A stretch of 64,000 nucleotides of DNA from Azolla caroliniana. Taxonomy: Eukaryota; Plantae; Polypodiophyta. Of the stretch, positions 51,591 through 64,000 are shown one piece after another. The DNA is taken from contig JBHGNT010000001.1 of assembly GCA_043228905.1 (NCBI GenBank), positions 33,852,001 through 33,916,000 on the forward strand, in the 5' to 3' direction. A program made the position numbers and the translations under genes. Within the stretch, counting starts at the first letter, position 1. Each line of letters starts with the position of its first letter. The notes beneath the pieces were generated by a model. The model was not told the origin of the DNA and ran no database searches. It worked only from the letters and a program-made list of their open reading frames with translations.

Positions 51591-54500
51591 TTTCCATGTT
51601 ATGGAAATTTATCCTAACATAAACCTATGGTGAGGACACTATTCCTCTTCAACAAAAAGCAAAGATGACAAGGCATGTTCAGTAGGCAACATTTATCGCA
51701 GTAATAACTTTCTGATACATTTAGTGTAATTATATTTTCATGAAGTTCATTTCTGTATATTAAGGCATATGTGATGCATCTTTATATAATTGACCATTTG
51801 ATTGATGAAGCTATATAGCCAATAATAATTTACACACACAATATTGGTTAAAGGGACAAAGCGATATTCATGCACGTGATGATGATTCTATTACTGTTAG
51901 GTCATTTATAAAGTATTCATGCAGTTGTTGATGATATCATGCTCTTGGGAACTTTATGTAGTTGTGTATATCCGACGATCATACTTATTGATCCTACCAT
52001 GTCATAAATGTGGCAATAGCTTGGTCATGTCAATCATATTTGTCAGATGGGACATTGACTTGTGATTTCCGTGGGGGATGAGTACAAATAAAACCTAAAG
52101 TCGTCACATGAGAATAAGCAAAAATGCATAGACATCATACAATGAGAATTTGTTGAATCAAACATGATTTAAGAAGTTCGTATACTAACCCTTAAAATAA
52201 ATTAGCTCCCTTTCATTAATGACAATTCATGGCATTAGTGTACTCCATATGATTTATATCAATCCACACTTATTTGAAAACAATTTGAAATCTAGTAAAC
52301 ATTGTATTCTACTAAGAATCTACCTCAATTGGTTTCCAAATATTGTTATGACTCATGAGTAGTAATACAGAAGACATATATTAGAATTTAACCGATTAAA
52401 AGTGTTTCTTGTTTACCTTATAATTGAAAGAATGGTTGTCTCTCTACTACAATATATCTTATAAATCTAAAATAAATATTAGTTTAATACAATGTGAATC
52501 ACTTGATCAACTAGTCCAAGCTTGTTTGCCAGCTATAACAACATTGCGAAGCTTTAATTCATGATTCCATTCAAAAGGTCATGGTCACGACTCACAATGC
52601 AATCCATGATTACTTGTCTATTGTTTTGCCAATTCACTTTAGGGACCACAAATACCATGGCTATTTAGGGACCACAATCACCATCGTTGTCTTTTTTTTA
52701 TATGGGCCACAAATCTCATTTAGTCTTTTGTCAACCGACCTTTACTCTTTAATGCGGGTTGTATTTTATTTATAGTTACAACTACTTAATGCATGTTATG
52801 TTGTGAGCTGGGGTTGTATAACTTCTAGCTCATACCCTAGGGAATAGTGTAAATGTGTACCAAACAAATTTTCACTAGCTTGTATTACACCACAACATTA
52901 AATCTCATAGTTAGTACCTTGTAACTATCTTCATTACATGTTTGTACATTTACTGGCGCCACATTCCTTAACATCACCTTAACATCATGCAAGTCAAGTG
53001 TCAAGTTGTCAATAAGCTAACAATATTGGATGGGATTCATGTTTTCTAACAATAACAATAAATCTCATGTGGATTAGCATGTAGTGTATGATATTCATGG
53101 GTAATGAAGAGTATCCTATGATATTTGCGGGTAATGATGAATAACCTATGCATAAGATTATCTAGATTGTAAAAGACTGGATGCCTAAGAATCGATTAGA
53201 AATAGTTCTTCATATTTCTATTCAATTAATCTCAAGCAGCTTTCATGGGTCAAAAATCTCAAAATCCAAAATTAATACTTGCAACAATGCTTGCAACAAT
53301 AAATCTTTGCTCAATCCGCTTGAATACACTTATGTACTCTGAAGCATGGGACGTAGAAGATTCACTACCAACAGAAAGACATTGTAACTAAATAGTCATA
53401 GACTTTGAAGTATCTTCCAAGCCCCACATTAATTATAATGTTGAAAAAAAATGGAGAACCTATTGTCACACACAAATATATTTATTGAAATGTTATGAGT
53501 TTGAATTGGGAGATTATGAAGCATTCCAAGATTGGAACGAAGGGATACAAAAACCCGATTTGTGCATATTTCTTGTGTCATGACAACTTATATGCATTCT
53601 CCAACTCTTGCAAGTCAACATTGCACTCAGAATATTGGCATCATGATCAATATTGGAACTAATTGCTTTCACAATAACTATGATCCACAGCTTGAGTTAG
53701 GAGGAGCTAATAGCAACCAGAATACGGAATGAAATTACAATCCCCCCCCCCCCTCCAAAAGAGAAAGGAGACTTGGGGGCTCATGGAGATGTTTAATTTT
53801 ATTTTTTTTAAATGTCCGAGGAACATCACAATGTAGTGGTTGGTTTGCTCGCGAAACTTCCGATGCGATAATAATATTGCTTAATTTTTCCCTTTGGTCT
53901 TTGGTAGGTCGGTCGGGATCTGAATTATACTTCGACAGCTCGGTCATTCGATCAATTGCTTGGACAATTTCACATTCTGCTGGTTATTGTAGAGCATGAT
54001 CTAGTAATATAGTACTCTATTGTCACAACTAGCACATACCTTCTTTTCTATGTGTAGGTGTATGTTTGTTCTAATTGTGGGTATTCACAAAATTGAGCTC
54101 TGATCATATATATAGAGTTCATAGGTCCTGCATATAGCCAAAACAACATCTGAAAATAACATGTAATTACTCAATTCTAGTCTAGTCTTTAGCAATCATA
54201 TATGCATGCATACACACATTCATACACACATACACATGTTCATGCATACATGCATGCACACATACCTACATGCATGCTTATAGCTATATTTGTTGATTTA
54301 GTTCAACTATTTGTTAATTATAACATCATCTCAATACAATTAATTTGCCTCAAACACTTATCTATAATGTGTTTAATTTGCATTAGGAATATAATGCTTC
54401 AAAGCTATCATCATTCCATTATGTCTCTGCAAAATGGTACCCCCCTCTCCCAAAACCAAAGAGTTGGTAATAATAAACATGCACTGCATCATCAGATATA

Positions 54501-54629
54501 AACATAAGCATTCCCTTGCAGTACTACACGCATAATATATGTATATTACCATAGAGATGATTATACAGTATGAAAGAATTGATGTTGTATAGTGCAGTAA
54601 TTTAAGATTGTTAATTTTGGGTCTGCATC

Positions 54630-54800
54630 ATGAGCACTGACAGGTAGAGGAAGTGAGCACACATTGGCCAGCTACAGAAAAGATTACAAAACAATAAATC
54701 ATGACTTAGTTAAATCCGATTAAACAATATCAAAGTCTTTAAAAAAAGTTCCGTTACTATGCAGATGGCTATATGTGCTCACTCTCTTCTGTCAGAGCTA
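54630..54800 (-). ncRNA. MIR156: MIR156 precursor hairpin; mature miR156 at 54794-54775
   Basis: The reverse complement of 54775-54794 is UGACAGAAGAGAGUGAGCAC, canonical miR156, on the 5' arm. The star arm is GUGCUCACUUCCUCUACCUGUCA (54660-54638). The stem extends on both sides (GCUCUGAC/GUCAGUGC; AUAUAGCCA/UGGCCAAUGU) around a ~100-nt loop. Confidence 0.93.
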
Positions 54801-54933
54801 CAAATCAATCTCGGATGGAAACTCTGTTACACCTTCTTTATAGAAGGGCTTTTTTCTGTCGATGGATCAAATCTTCCATAAATGTATCGGGGGAGGGTCT
54901 TATATGATATCAAAATGTACATGCATACATACA

Positions 54934-54969
<36 letters not shown>

Positions 54970-55086
54970 TATATATACAAATATATATAGCCATGATGTG
55001 ATGATGTTTAAAGAGCAATACACAATGAACAGAGGAATCTGAAGAGGAGGAGGAATTGAATGGATTGGAAAGAAGAAAAAGGAGGG

Positions 55087-55093
55087 TTTTATA
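55087..55093 (-). promoter_or_regulatory. candidate TATA box (TATAAAA) of MIR156
   Basis: TATAAAA followed by a pyrimidine-rich tract, ~290 bp upstream of the hairpin. Confidence 0.5.
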
Positions 55094-56449
55094 AACAAGC
55101 AAACAAATTGAAGAATGGGGTAATGAGACAGAGAGGGATGAATGCAGAGGGATTTATGTAGAGGAGTAGAAGAGAAGTGATCATGGATGTGGTATGTATG
55201 CTAATCCCATCCATCCATTCTCCTTCAAATGTAGCTACATGTATAGCTATATATAGAGAGACAGATAAATGGCTATAGTTTACCCAACCCCACCCCCTCT
55301 GTCTTTATATATATGATACATATATCATATATATATATACATAAATAATATTCTGATCTAGTCTAGTCAAATATCTATGACTATGTAGTGAGAGACAGAG
55401 TGTGTGTGTTGAACAAAAGAGAGAGAAAAACAAAAAAAAACATTTGTTTTTAACTTATTATTATTATTTATGTCAATTGAAATTCAGGTTAAAACTGGGA
55501 TAAATATGTATTTTATTTATTTATTTTTGTTCTCTTTCAATGTAGTGTTTTATTCTATTATTCCTAGATATAATTATTTATGCAATTCTCTTAATTGCTG
55601 CTGTGTATTTTGAAATTTGCATGCTTGTAATGAGGTAGAAGGAGACATTTCTAGAGATACATAGATATAGTGAATGAATGAATGAAGCAATACAAAAAAG
55701 AAAAACCTTTAAAAAAATGGATTTAATAAATAAAGCTAGGGAGACAAAAAAGAACAAATACATTACTGCAATTGTCCCCCCCTCCTCTTCATCACTATTA
55801 TTAACTATGCATAACAAATATGTAGCTCTCATTCTCTTGTTTCACACCAAGCTATGTGATCCCCCCCCCCCCACCACCACCACCACACACACACCATATT
55901 GTCAATGCATGATATTGTTGTAACTCGCTATACTAATATCGCATGGGCTAGTTTTAGTCACGAGAAACGTCACACATCTCGAGCTTGTGTCGATGCATGC
56001 TCGTCACTAGAGTACAAAGAATCATGAGTTCACATTCGGTCGAACTAGTGGAGCTCTACATCGTGCATTTTAGATATTAAATTTCCGACATGAACAACAC
56101 AATTATATTAGAAAAGCAATTTGTTGGGTGTGCCAAGTTTGGTTGCAAGAGCATGACCATCAATATCGCCTAAAATGTTTTTGGACCGGGAGAGAGCATA
56201 AACCCCAATTGCAAGATCACTTGACCATGTATGTCTTATTGTGAACTTATCCACAACATGTTATTACTTCCTAGTACCTTGTTTTCACACTATTCGACCC
56301 AATATTGGTTGGCCAACAATTTTAGACTAACTCATCAAATTTGTTCATCATCATCAGCGGCATCAAGGAATATATGCCTATAGAATCTCATGATTTCCAA
56401 CATGATTATGAAATAATATTAGGTGCAATGCCATTAGCTCCCATGAACC

Positions 56450-59400
56450 CTTTGATCGAATAATTAATTAATTATCCTGACATTACATTTGTGCCCTAAG
56501 TATTTTCTATTATACCTACCTATACAAGACAACACTTTCAACAATTGTGTTTAATTAAGACACTCTATCTTGTTGTAAAGGCTTGATTTTTCCTTAAATT
56601 ATAGCAAACTTTGTACATGATAATTTCAATTTCTTGTGTACCTAAGTTGTAGATGATATCTTCAAGTTGTTCCATTGTGGGAGGGTTGGCTATATTCATT
56701 GAAGATCATAACTTCTTTTTAGCTAGATGTGCATGGGGATACAAGCATTCTTCCGAGCTGATATTTAGGTAAGTACAAGATCATGTAGTCATAGATGAGA
56801 GTCCAAGTTTCCATAATACTAATCCTTGGAATATTGTACTATAGTGAATATTTAATCTACTTTCATAATGCAGTAGCTTGTAACAACTTACTTGTATGCT
56901 TCCCTCATTCTTAAATATGGGGAGTTCCACAAGCAATATAGATATAGGCCCAAGAAACTCTAGACTTCCTTCTAGCCAATGTTATGCTCCATGAAATAAT
57001 TATGTAGTGCTCATATAAGTGTGTAAGGTGTTCCTTTCTTAAATTTACCAATGCATGGGTATTTTTAAGGACATGTTAAAGTGGACATGAAGAATATCCT
57101 ATCTTCATGCCATTTACAAAGCTAGCCTAAATTTATTTTTTTCTAAACAAGATATCCCCTAAACCCACTTATTTTACAAAAATGAGAGATGAATTGGGAG
57201 ATATATAGCCTCCACTATGTGACTTTCAAAGCTAGCCTAATTGATATATATATATATATATATATATATAGGTGGTAGAAATATTTTTGTCTTTTCTCAC
57301 AGCTTGTATGTTTAAAAACATGCCTACAAATGAGGGTAAAAACCAATATATTATTCTGAATTGAATACTCATAAAACATATAAACGTGATCTACGATGCA
57401 ATATTTTGCATGTCTCTAGTCTCTCCGTCAATAGTTCCTTTCAATCCATATTGTCGAAATGCTACATCTTTATCGATATATTAAAATTACAATATTGTTA
57501 TATGATCGCCTTACGTTAGTGCTCAACCCCAAGCCTATATCAACCATGTGTTAAATTGCATTACCATTACTTATAAGTACTAAGTACCATTCACTAACGG
57601 CTACTCAACTTCTTCCCAATGTACTAATTCTCTACTATCTCGAACTAGGATCATGATATGCAATAATCACTCCTCACAGTTGCCGCTATCACAAAATACA
57701 TCTTGCATTAAATGAAAACATCCCTATTTGTTTTGCTTATTATTTCTTATATTATGCACATTAAATCACATTTCCAACTTGTGTAGATTGAAATCACACA
57801 ATTTGTAAGTTGTATAGGTTTAGCCAGTGGGGACTACATTCAAGTTGGTCACTTTTTACAATGGCATCATCATGTTCTAGTATAAAGAAATGAAGGACAT
57901 TGCAACACAATGATTATTCCGAATGGAAACTGACAATATATGTGGACTCTATGATTGTCATTTGTTAGTGTGGTGACCGTCTCAAAATTGTGGTTACCAT
58001 GGCCACATGATGTACCTATCTTCTTATAAGCTTGCGTGTAGTACACGAAGAGGATTTATTTGACGCATTCTCATCTTCAAACTTTCCAATATACTCTTAC
58101 ATACCCCCGCGTGCATGTGTTGGACTAATGCTAATAATCAAGTTCTCTCCATATCATTCGTACATTTGTAGAACAACCAATATTTACATTCTTAATACAT
58201 AAATAAACTCACATCTATGTTTTTCTTAGTCATCAAAGAGGTTGTATATTACTTATATGCTTTATGTGAAATCTCAGGTCTATCCATTCATTCGTCTATT
58301 ATGTCATAGCAAAAAGCAATGGGAGTCCTACACCATTAGTTATAATTGGATGATAAAATGTCCTTGAGTACTTGAGAAGTTGGAAAATATATGTGGAGTC
58401 CAAAGAATGTCTACAAATACCAACTTGAAGGTTGTGTAGTCCTTATACCAAGGTTGCGTATTACAACTTATATGATTTATATGTAAAATCTCCAGTCAAT
58501 CCATTCATCAGTCTACTATGTTGCTTAGTAAAAAGCAATGATGTGAGACAGCCAACACCTTTAACTACAATTGACTCTTGATTTATGTCCTTAAGTTTCT
58601 TCAGAAGTCAGAAATATCATGTGGAGTCCAAAGAATGTCTACAAATACCAAGGTTGTGTAGAAGTACTCCTATCTGAATCCAACTTTTGAATAATCTCGA
58701 TGTTGTGGGAAACTAACTTATCCCTTTTAATTCTCCGAATCCTCTAGCTAGATTACCTTGGAGGTAATTTGTACAAATTGTACCATTTCCTTTTTCTTAC
58801 GCGTCCTAGCCACACTCATACATTAAAATATTATTGCCCCTTTCTTGCAGTACGATGCCTAATGTACAAATGTACAGTTTGTAACATTTTATCTAACTTG
58901 GAAAGCTACATCGTGCTCATCATATTACGAGTTCCCTTTCTACAATAATATAAAGACTTGCCCACCAATATACTTAGGTGGTGCCATGGTAGTATCAAGG
59001 TTGAAAAACTTGACAAGAATTTGTATACCATCGATTCATACAATACTATCCAAATAAGAGAGGCAATATATTACAGAAAAGTTGCAAACTAATTGCATGG
59101 ACTAAATAACTCTATATACAATTGCATTTAGGAAAAGGAAGACAAATCGTATTCAATGTTTAGTATCCAAGGCCCGAATTAATATTACCCTTTGCTTGTA
59201 AGTTACCATGAACATATGAAAGGAATATATGGAATCTACTTGAACATGAATAAACCTAATTAATGTGCACCGAGAAAGATACTACGGATTTGTTTTCCTC
59301 TTAACTTCTATGTGCACTTCTATGCAAAAACATATATATATAACTTCTATGTGCACTTCAGTAATGTGCATAACTATGCAAAAACATGTATAATAAAATT

Positions 59401-60800
59401 TCTAGATTGTTCATGTGCATAACTATGCATATCATGTAAAAGAATATTCCAAAGATAGTGAGACCACAAATGAACTCATACATTTGTGGTTGGATTTGAC
59501 ATTACAACGAATTACAATTGCATGATGATATAAAATGAAGGGAAAAAAAACTCCAGTAGGGTATAATGCATACTTTGAATTGATGTTATAAGGTGCTGAT
59601 GAAGTGTTTAAACTTTGAGCATTAGTCCTTATAATTCAAGTACATACTTGTACAATATATTGTGAAGCTCAACAAGCTTGTCTAGAACAAGTGAAGCTAC
59701 TCAATTTCCAGGAAAAATCGAGGAAGTATATTATATGTATTGCAGAAATTAATGTAGTAATATAAGATTCTATACAGTGCCATTGTCAATTCAGTTATTT
59801 ATGTCTTAATCTGTATATAAACAAGTGATTAGTGAGTAATTTTTGGTTCCAATATAGACTCATGATGGAGTTTGGGACAATATAATCACCCATAACCAAA
59901 TAGTACATGCAAAATGTCTTAAATATTCCTCGTACATGTTTGAAGGATAACATTCTGAAATTTGAAAATTTTTATGCACCAAAGTTAAGGAACTCGTGAA
60001 CAATCTATAATTAGTGTATTTTATAGAATATTACAATGCTAATACTCAATAGTTTAGTTCACATATTGGGCCTTGGTATCATTAGCTGGTCTAGTGTTTG
60101 AAACCCAATTATTAATAGAATAATATTTAGCCAGCTGTAAAATTTCTCCCTAATTTAATGAGCCTACAAGATTTACCATCAAAAATTTGTTCTATTCCTA
60201 TTTATTTTGTTCCATTGTCATGTGGGGATGTCTTTCCTGTGAATGAATGTTATGTGGAAGAGTATTTCAAAATGCTAATTAGTCTATAATGGCTTAGCAC
60301 CATCAATTTTGCAAATTATTCAATGTTGTTCAATATCATTATATGCGTTGTAATATAGTTGGCTCTCTTAATTGAACTCTGGTACTATTAAAGTTGTTAA
60401 CATTGAAGGGGAATCGATACATATTTTTGACAACCATACCATGCCATTGATAGACTACAGTAGATATACTTGAACATGGAAGTAAACTAACTCAGATAAC
60501 TCTTGAGCAAAGAAGCTTGTTTTCAATCTTATGCAACTTGTTACGATTAATTAGATGCCTTAGAACCATCACATCTTTTTGGTATCAGAGATTTATTTCA
60601 TTTCAAAATGATAAAATAATAACATTGGTCGATTTGTTTGACCATATAGTTAAGATTAGACATCGTCATTTAATTAGATAGGACTAGTATGATTTGCATG
60701 TTGTTCTCCAAGATCATCCTGTGACAGGGGCAATGCCCAAAAAGCATTGATTGAGCTCAATCATAGTCAATAATCAGATTGATCAGCAAGATTTCCAATA
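56450..60800 (-). pseudogene. probable heavily decayed NB-ARC-LRR (NLR) pseudogene
   Basis: Degenerate motifs appear in NB-ARC order on the minus strand: P-loop-like LGIAPVTG*SWRTTCK (~60735-60695), RNBS-B-like YITTH..IL (~60345), RNBS-C-like KPL...LF..HSF (~60295-60240), RNBS-D-like SIFPGN*...LDKLVEL (~59720-59665), MHD-like QMYEFICGL (~59485), then LRR-like fragments such as CSPHWLNLYNLQIV (~57830). There are many stops and frameshifts. Confidence 0.4.
58260..58665. repeat. diverged ~225-bp tandem duplication within the putative LRR remnant
   Basis: atgt(g/a)aaatctc..gtc.atccattcat..gtcta.tatgt...aaaaagcaatg...atgtggagtccaaagaatgtctacaaatacc occurs twice. Confidence 0.8.
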
Positions 60801-63800
60801 ATATGATGGAATGGAAGTTATAGTGTAGGTGTAGGTTTTAATTGATGGAAGCATTATTTCTTGATGGTTGAAGTATAGCAAAACAAATCAATTCACGTGT
60901 TTAATTGAACTCAAATATTAATATGTGGACATGGACTGAATATTATCAAATGAAAACTAGATGTTTGACAATGTACAATTGATTCCACACTATTGGCTAA
61001 TGTATTTTTTTTTTTTGCACATCAAACTCTCACACTCAATGTTTTGTGTAAATGTCAAGCATGGAATTGTTGATGACTTCTAGGCAATGAAATATTACCT
61101 TTCAATTAATTTGTCAATGTTAACATGAACTAGCAAGCTGAACCAACCCCCTATAATTCAAAGTCATGGATTTATATAGGTTATATTAAGGTATATATTC
61201 TTGGGATAATGTTGGTGTGGAATGTTCATAATTGAATGGTCAATTACCAAAAGATGTTGAGATTAAGGATTAATGATTTATGATATGTCCCAACCTTAAA
61301 TATGGTTGGAAGTGGGGCTCTTGAAAATAGACCCCAAGTGTTTATTTTAAGTATGATTATAAAAAAGCGTGATTGTGCCCTTATCTAAAGTAGCCAACAT
61401 TTTGTTATGGTATAAAGAGGCTCGATCGTAGATTGATATAGTCGACAACTCATACAAGAAAAGGAGAGAGGCATTATAGATGTCAACAAGTTCTCATAGT
61501 TTAGACCAAAGGAATATGTCTCTTCAGTGACCTACAAACTAGATGCATATTGCAAAAAAGAAAAACATGATGGAAAAAGGGTTCGCCAACTATTTCTATT
61601 CGTTTTGGATTGCAATAATATTGCTTATCATCATCAATGTATAGGTCACGGATTATCAAAATGGGAATGGTTATTGTTATTCATGAAGAAATCCCATTGA
61701 AGTGATAAAATAGGGATCCTTCTAGTAATAAAAATGATGATGGTGATGATGATGATGAGCAATGTCTTGGGGTGGTCACCTTGAAAGGGACATGTAACTA
61801 ATTCTCCTCTCTCTCTATTCTCCATGCATGTTTTGTTCTCTCTTTCAAGTTCAGTATTCGTTTGAATGCATGACCATACACACGCACATGTTTGTTTGTT
61901 TGTTTGTCCCTCTTTTACTCTCTCATGTGGAGTGTTTCTCTAGGTATCGAAGAATCTAAAAACCATTCACACCCAGACACACACACACAAATCCATGTGT
62001 GCACACACACTCTATCTTTTTCTAGAATCATCACCACCTCGAAGGTTGGGCACATGTATCCATGCTTTATATTTCTCATAGAGATTTCTTATTGCATAGC
62101 AACAATCCCCCTTCTTAGGAAGAGGACACATACAAATTACTCGTGGACGATAAAATTTTTAATTCTCATACTAGTTTCTAGCTAACATGAACATGGTGTG
62201 CACTTGTTGATGCATGCAACTTCCCATATCATTGATTTCTCTATTTTGACAGATGATTTTGGTTCGCATGCATGTTTTACATTTTGTGGAGGAAGACGAG
62301 TCACATAGGCCTAGTCTACAAGGAGACAAAGAAAATGCCCTTTTATGTTGCAATATCCCCTCATATATCCTTGATGTTAATACAAATGCAACAATCGTGT
62401 TACAATCTCAACCTAGTAGTGTGACACATAATAATTTGATTACTTCCACTCGATTGCCTTGGGTTCCCACGTTGTGAAGGTTGTCAAATGTCATCTAACT
62501 TTTTTGCTCACGTGAACGTACACTTCACATGTAATTGCCGAAGTAATAGTTTTATTCAAGGTGCCCTTGTACAATGAAAATAGTACCAACTAAAGGTTAA
62601 TGTCTGTAAGTACATAAGTGGAGCGAGGTTACAAGAAATACAAAGCTATTAGTACGATGGCAATCTAGTATATGACAATACTTACAAAGTCACTAAAATT
62701 TCGAAAAAATGATAAAAAAAACTTTGCCTCAAGTAACTCATGCACTTGGGTTCAAATCTCAATAACCATACTACTTAGGTAAGCATCACTTTTGATAGGT
62801 TGAACTTCAAGGGAAATAATAAAATCCATGTCTTTTCTTATAAGATGCATATATTAATCGTGATATTATGTTTTTGATAACCCATGCGCTCTCACTAGCC
62901 ATTGTGCTCTACAAAACTACAACTGGGTTTATAAGATTTGAGAGTGTATGACCACAATGGCCAGTATTGAAAAACTTATGTTCGTATTATATATTTATGT
63001 GCTCCAATTCATACATGCATATAGTATATACATATGAAAACAATATATACAAATATGTATACATGGATGCTTAATTAGTTTATCGCTTTAGCTATTCTCC
63101 TCAATACAATCTCGTCATGAGATTCAAGAATGTGCAAAAGCTAAACTGGAATTTTAATGTCTCTAATGAATATTCGTGAGAAGTTAGGCAAAAAGTTTCA
63201 TAATTTCATTTTTTATGTGTCACAAAAGGAAATGACAAAATTGGATATAACCCTTGACAAAAGAAGGCCTTCGGAAATTCTGTGCTCCAATGAAATGTAA
63301 ATACCTTTTACTTAGGTCTTGATCCACACCATTGAATGGACATGCCTAAAGAGACTATATGTTGGTAACTTGGTAGTACATATTCTAATAGAAATTGTCG
63401 AACAAACTCCATTTGTGTTCATATTCTACATTTGCATTTTGTTTGTCAATTGAGAGGGCCATAAGTGTCTTCTTGTGGTTTTACCTTTCGGAGTCTCTCA
63501 CATTTGATATTTTTTTGGTCTTTGATATTTTCTTAGTACATCAGCAAAATTATGTGTATTAGGACATTTGCCAAATGTTGTGGTATTAGGGAGTACATCT
63601 TCTCACAAGCATTGGTTCTATGTTTTGTTATTTGTTTATTGTGTGGTTTTTAAATCAATCATAAATCAAGCCTTCAAACAATGTTTTATGTCTTAGATGA
63701 CTCTTGTTATATATGCAAGCCTTGTTGGGTTAATTGTGTTCATGAAATTTAAACCTTAACATTTGTGTTTGTCTCTACTCTACATAATGGATCTAATGTT

Positions 63801-64000
63801 GAGAAAAGTAAGGTTTCAGTTCATTATTTATTAAAATAAACAAATGCCTACTTGCCTAATTGTTATTTGAAAGGTTTTAATTAATAACATATTTTGAATC
63901 TTGTGTTGAGTTAAGACTCAAGAGTTGTGTATCTTCATAGCTAGAAGATTGAAAATAATGAGAGTAAAAAGTGAGGACAAGATTGAACACTCAAAGTATG

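Noticed and set aside
54638-54660. A second, plus-strand miR156 variant (TGACAGGTAGAGGAAGTGAGCAC)
   Set aside because: It is simply the complement of the star arm of the minus-strand hairpin.
60748-60763. 16-bp palindrome TGATTGAGCTCAATCA resembling the 5' end of miR171
   Set aside because: Only 9 nt match miR171, there is no extended hairpin, and it is likely chance.

Overview
AT-rich, intron-containing land-plant nuclear DNA. The lineage cannot be fixed from the sequence; the compact introns and divergent proteins suggest a non-model, possibly fern-like plant (inference). I could splice six protein-coding genes by hand: a tesmin/TSO1-like CXC gene (LIN54 homologue, +) tail-to-tail with ALWAYS EARLY (LIN9 homologue, -), so two DREAM/MuvB core subunits are neighbours; a TRM10 tRNA m1G9 methyltransferase (-); a DUF707 gene (-); a DCC-family thiol-disulfide oxidoreductase (-); and a FRIGIDA-like gene (+) divergent from the DCC gene. 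The window also holds a MIR156 hairpin (-) with a perfect mature miR156, a 403-bp hAT-type MITE with TIRs and an 8-bp TSD inside a tRNA/SINE-like B-box remnant, several Mutator-like foldback remnants, a probable heavily decayed NB-ARC-LRR pseudogene, and many micro/minisatellites and tandem duplications. Most ORFs in the supplied track are exon fragments, antisense shadows or microsatellite artefacts.
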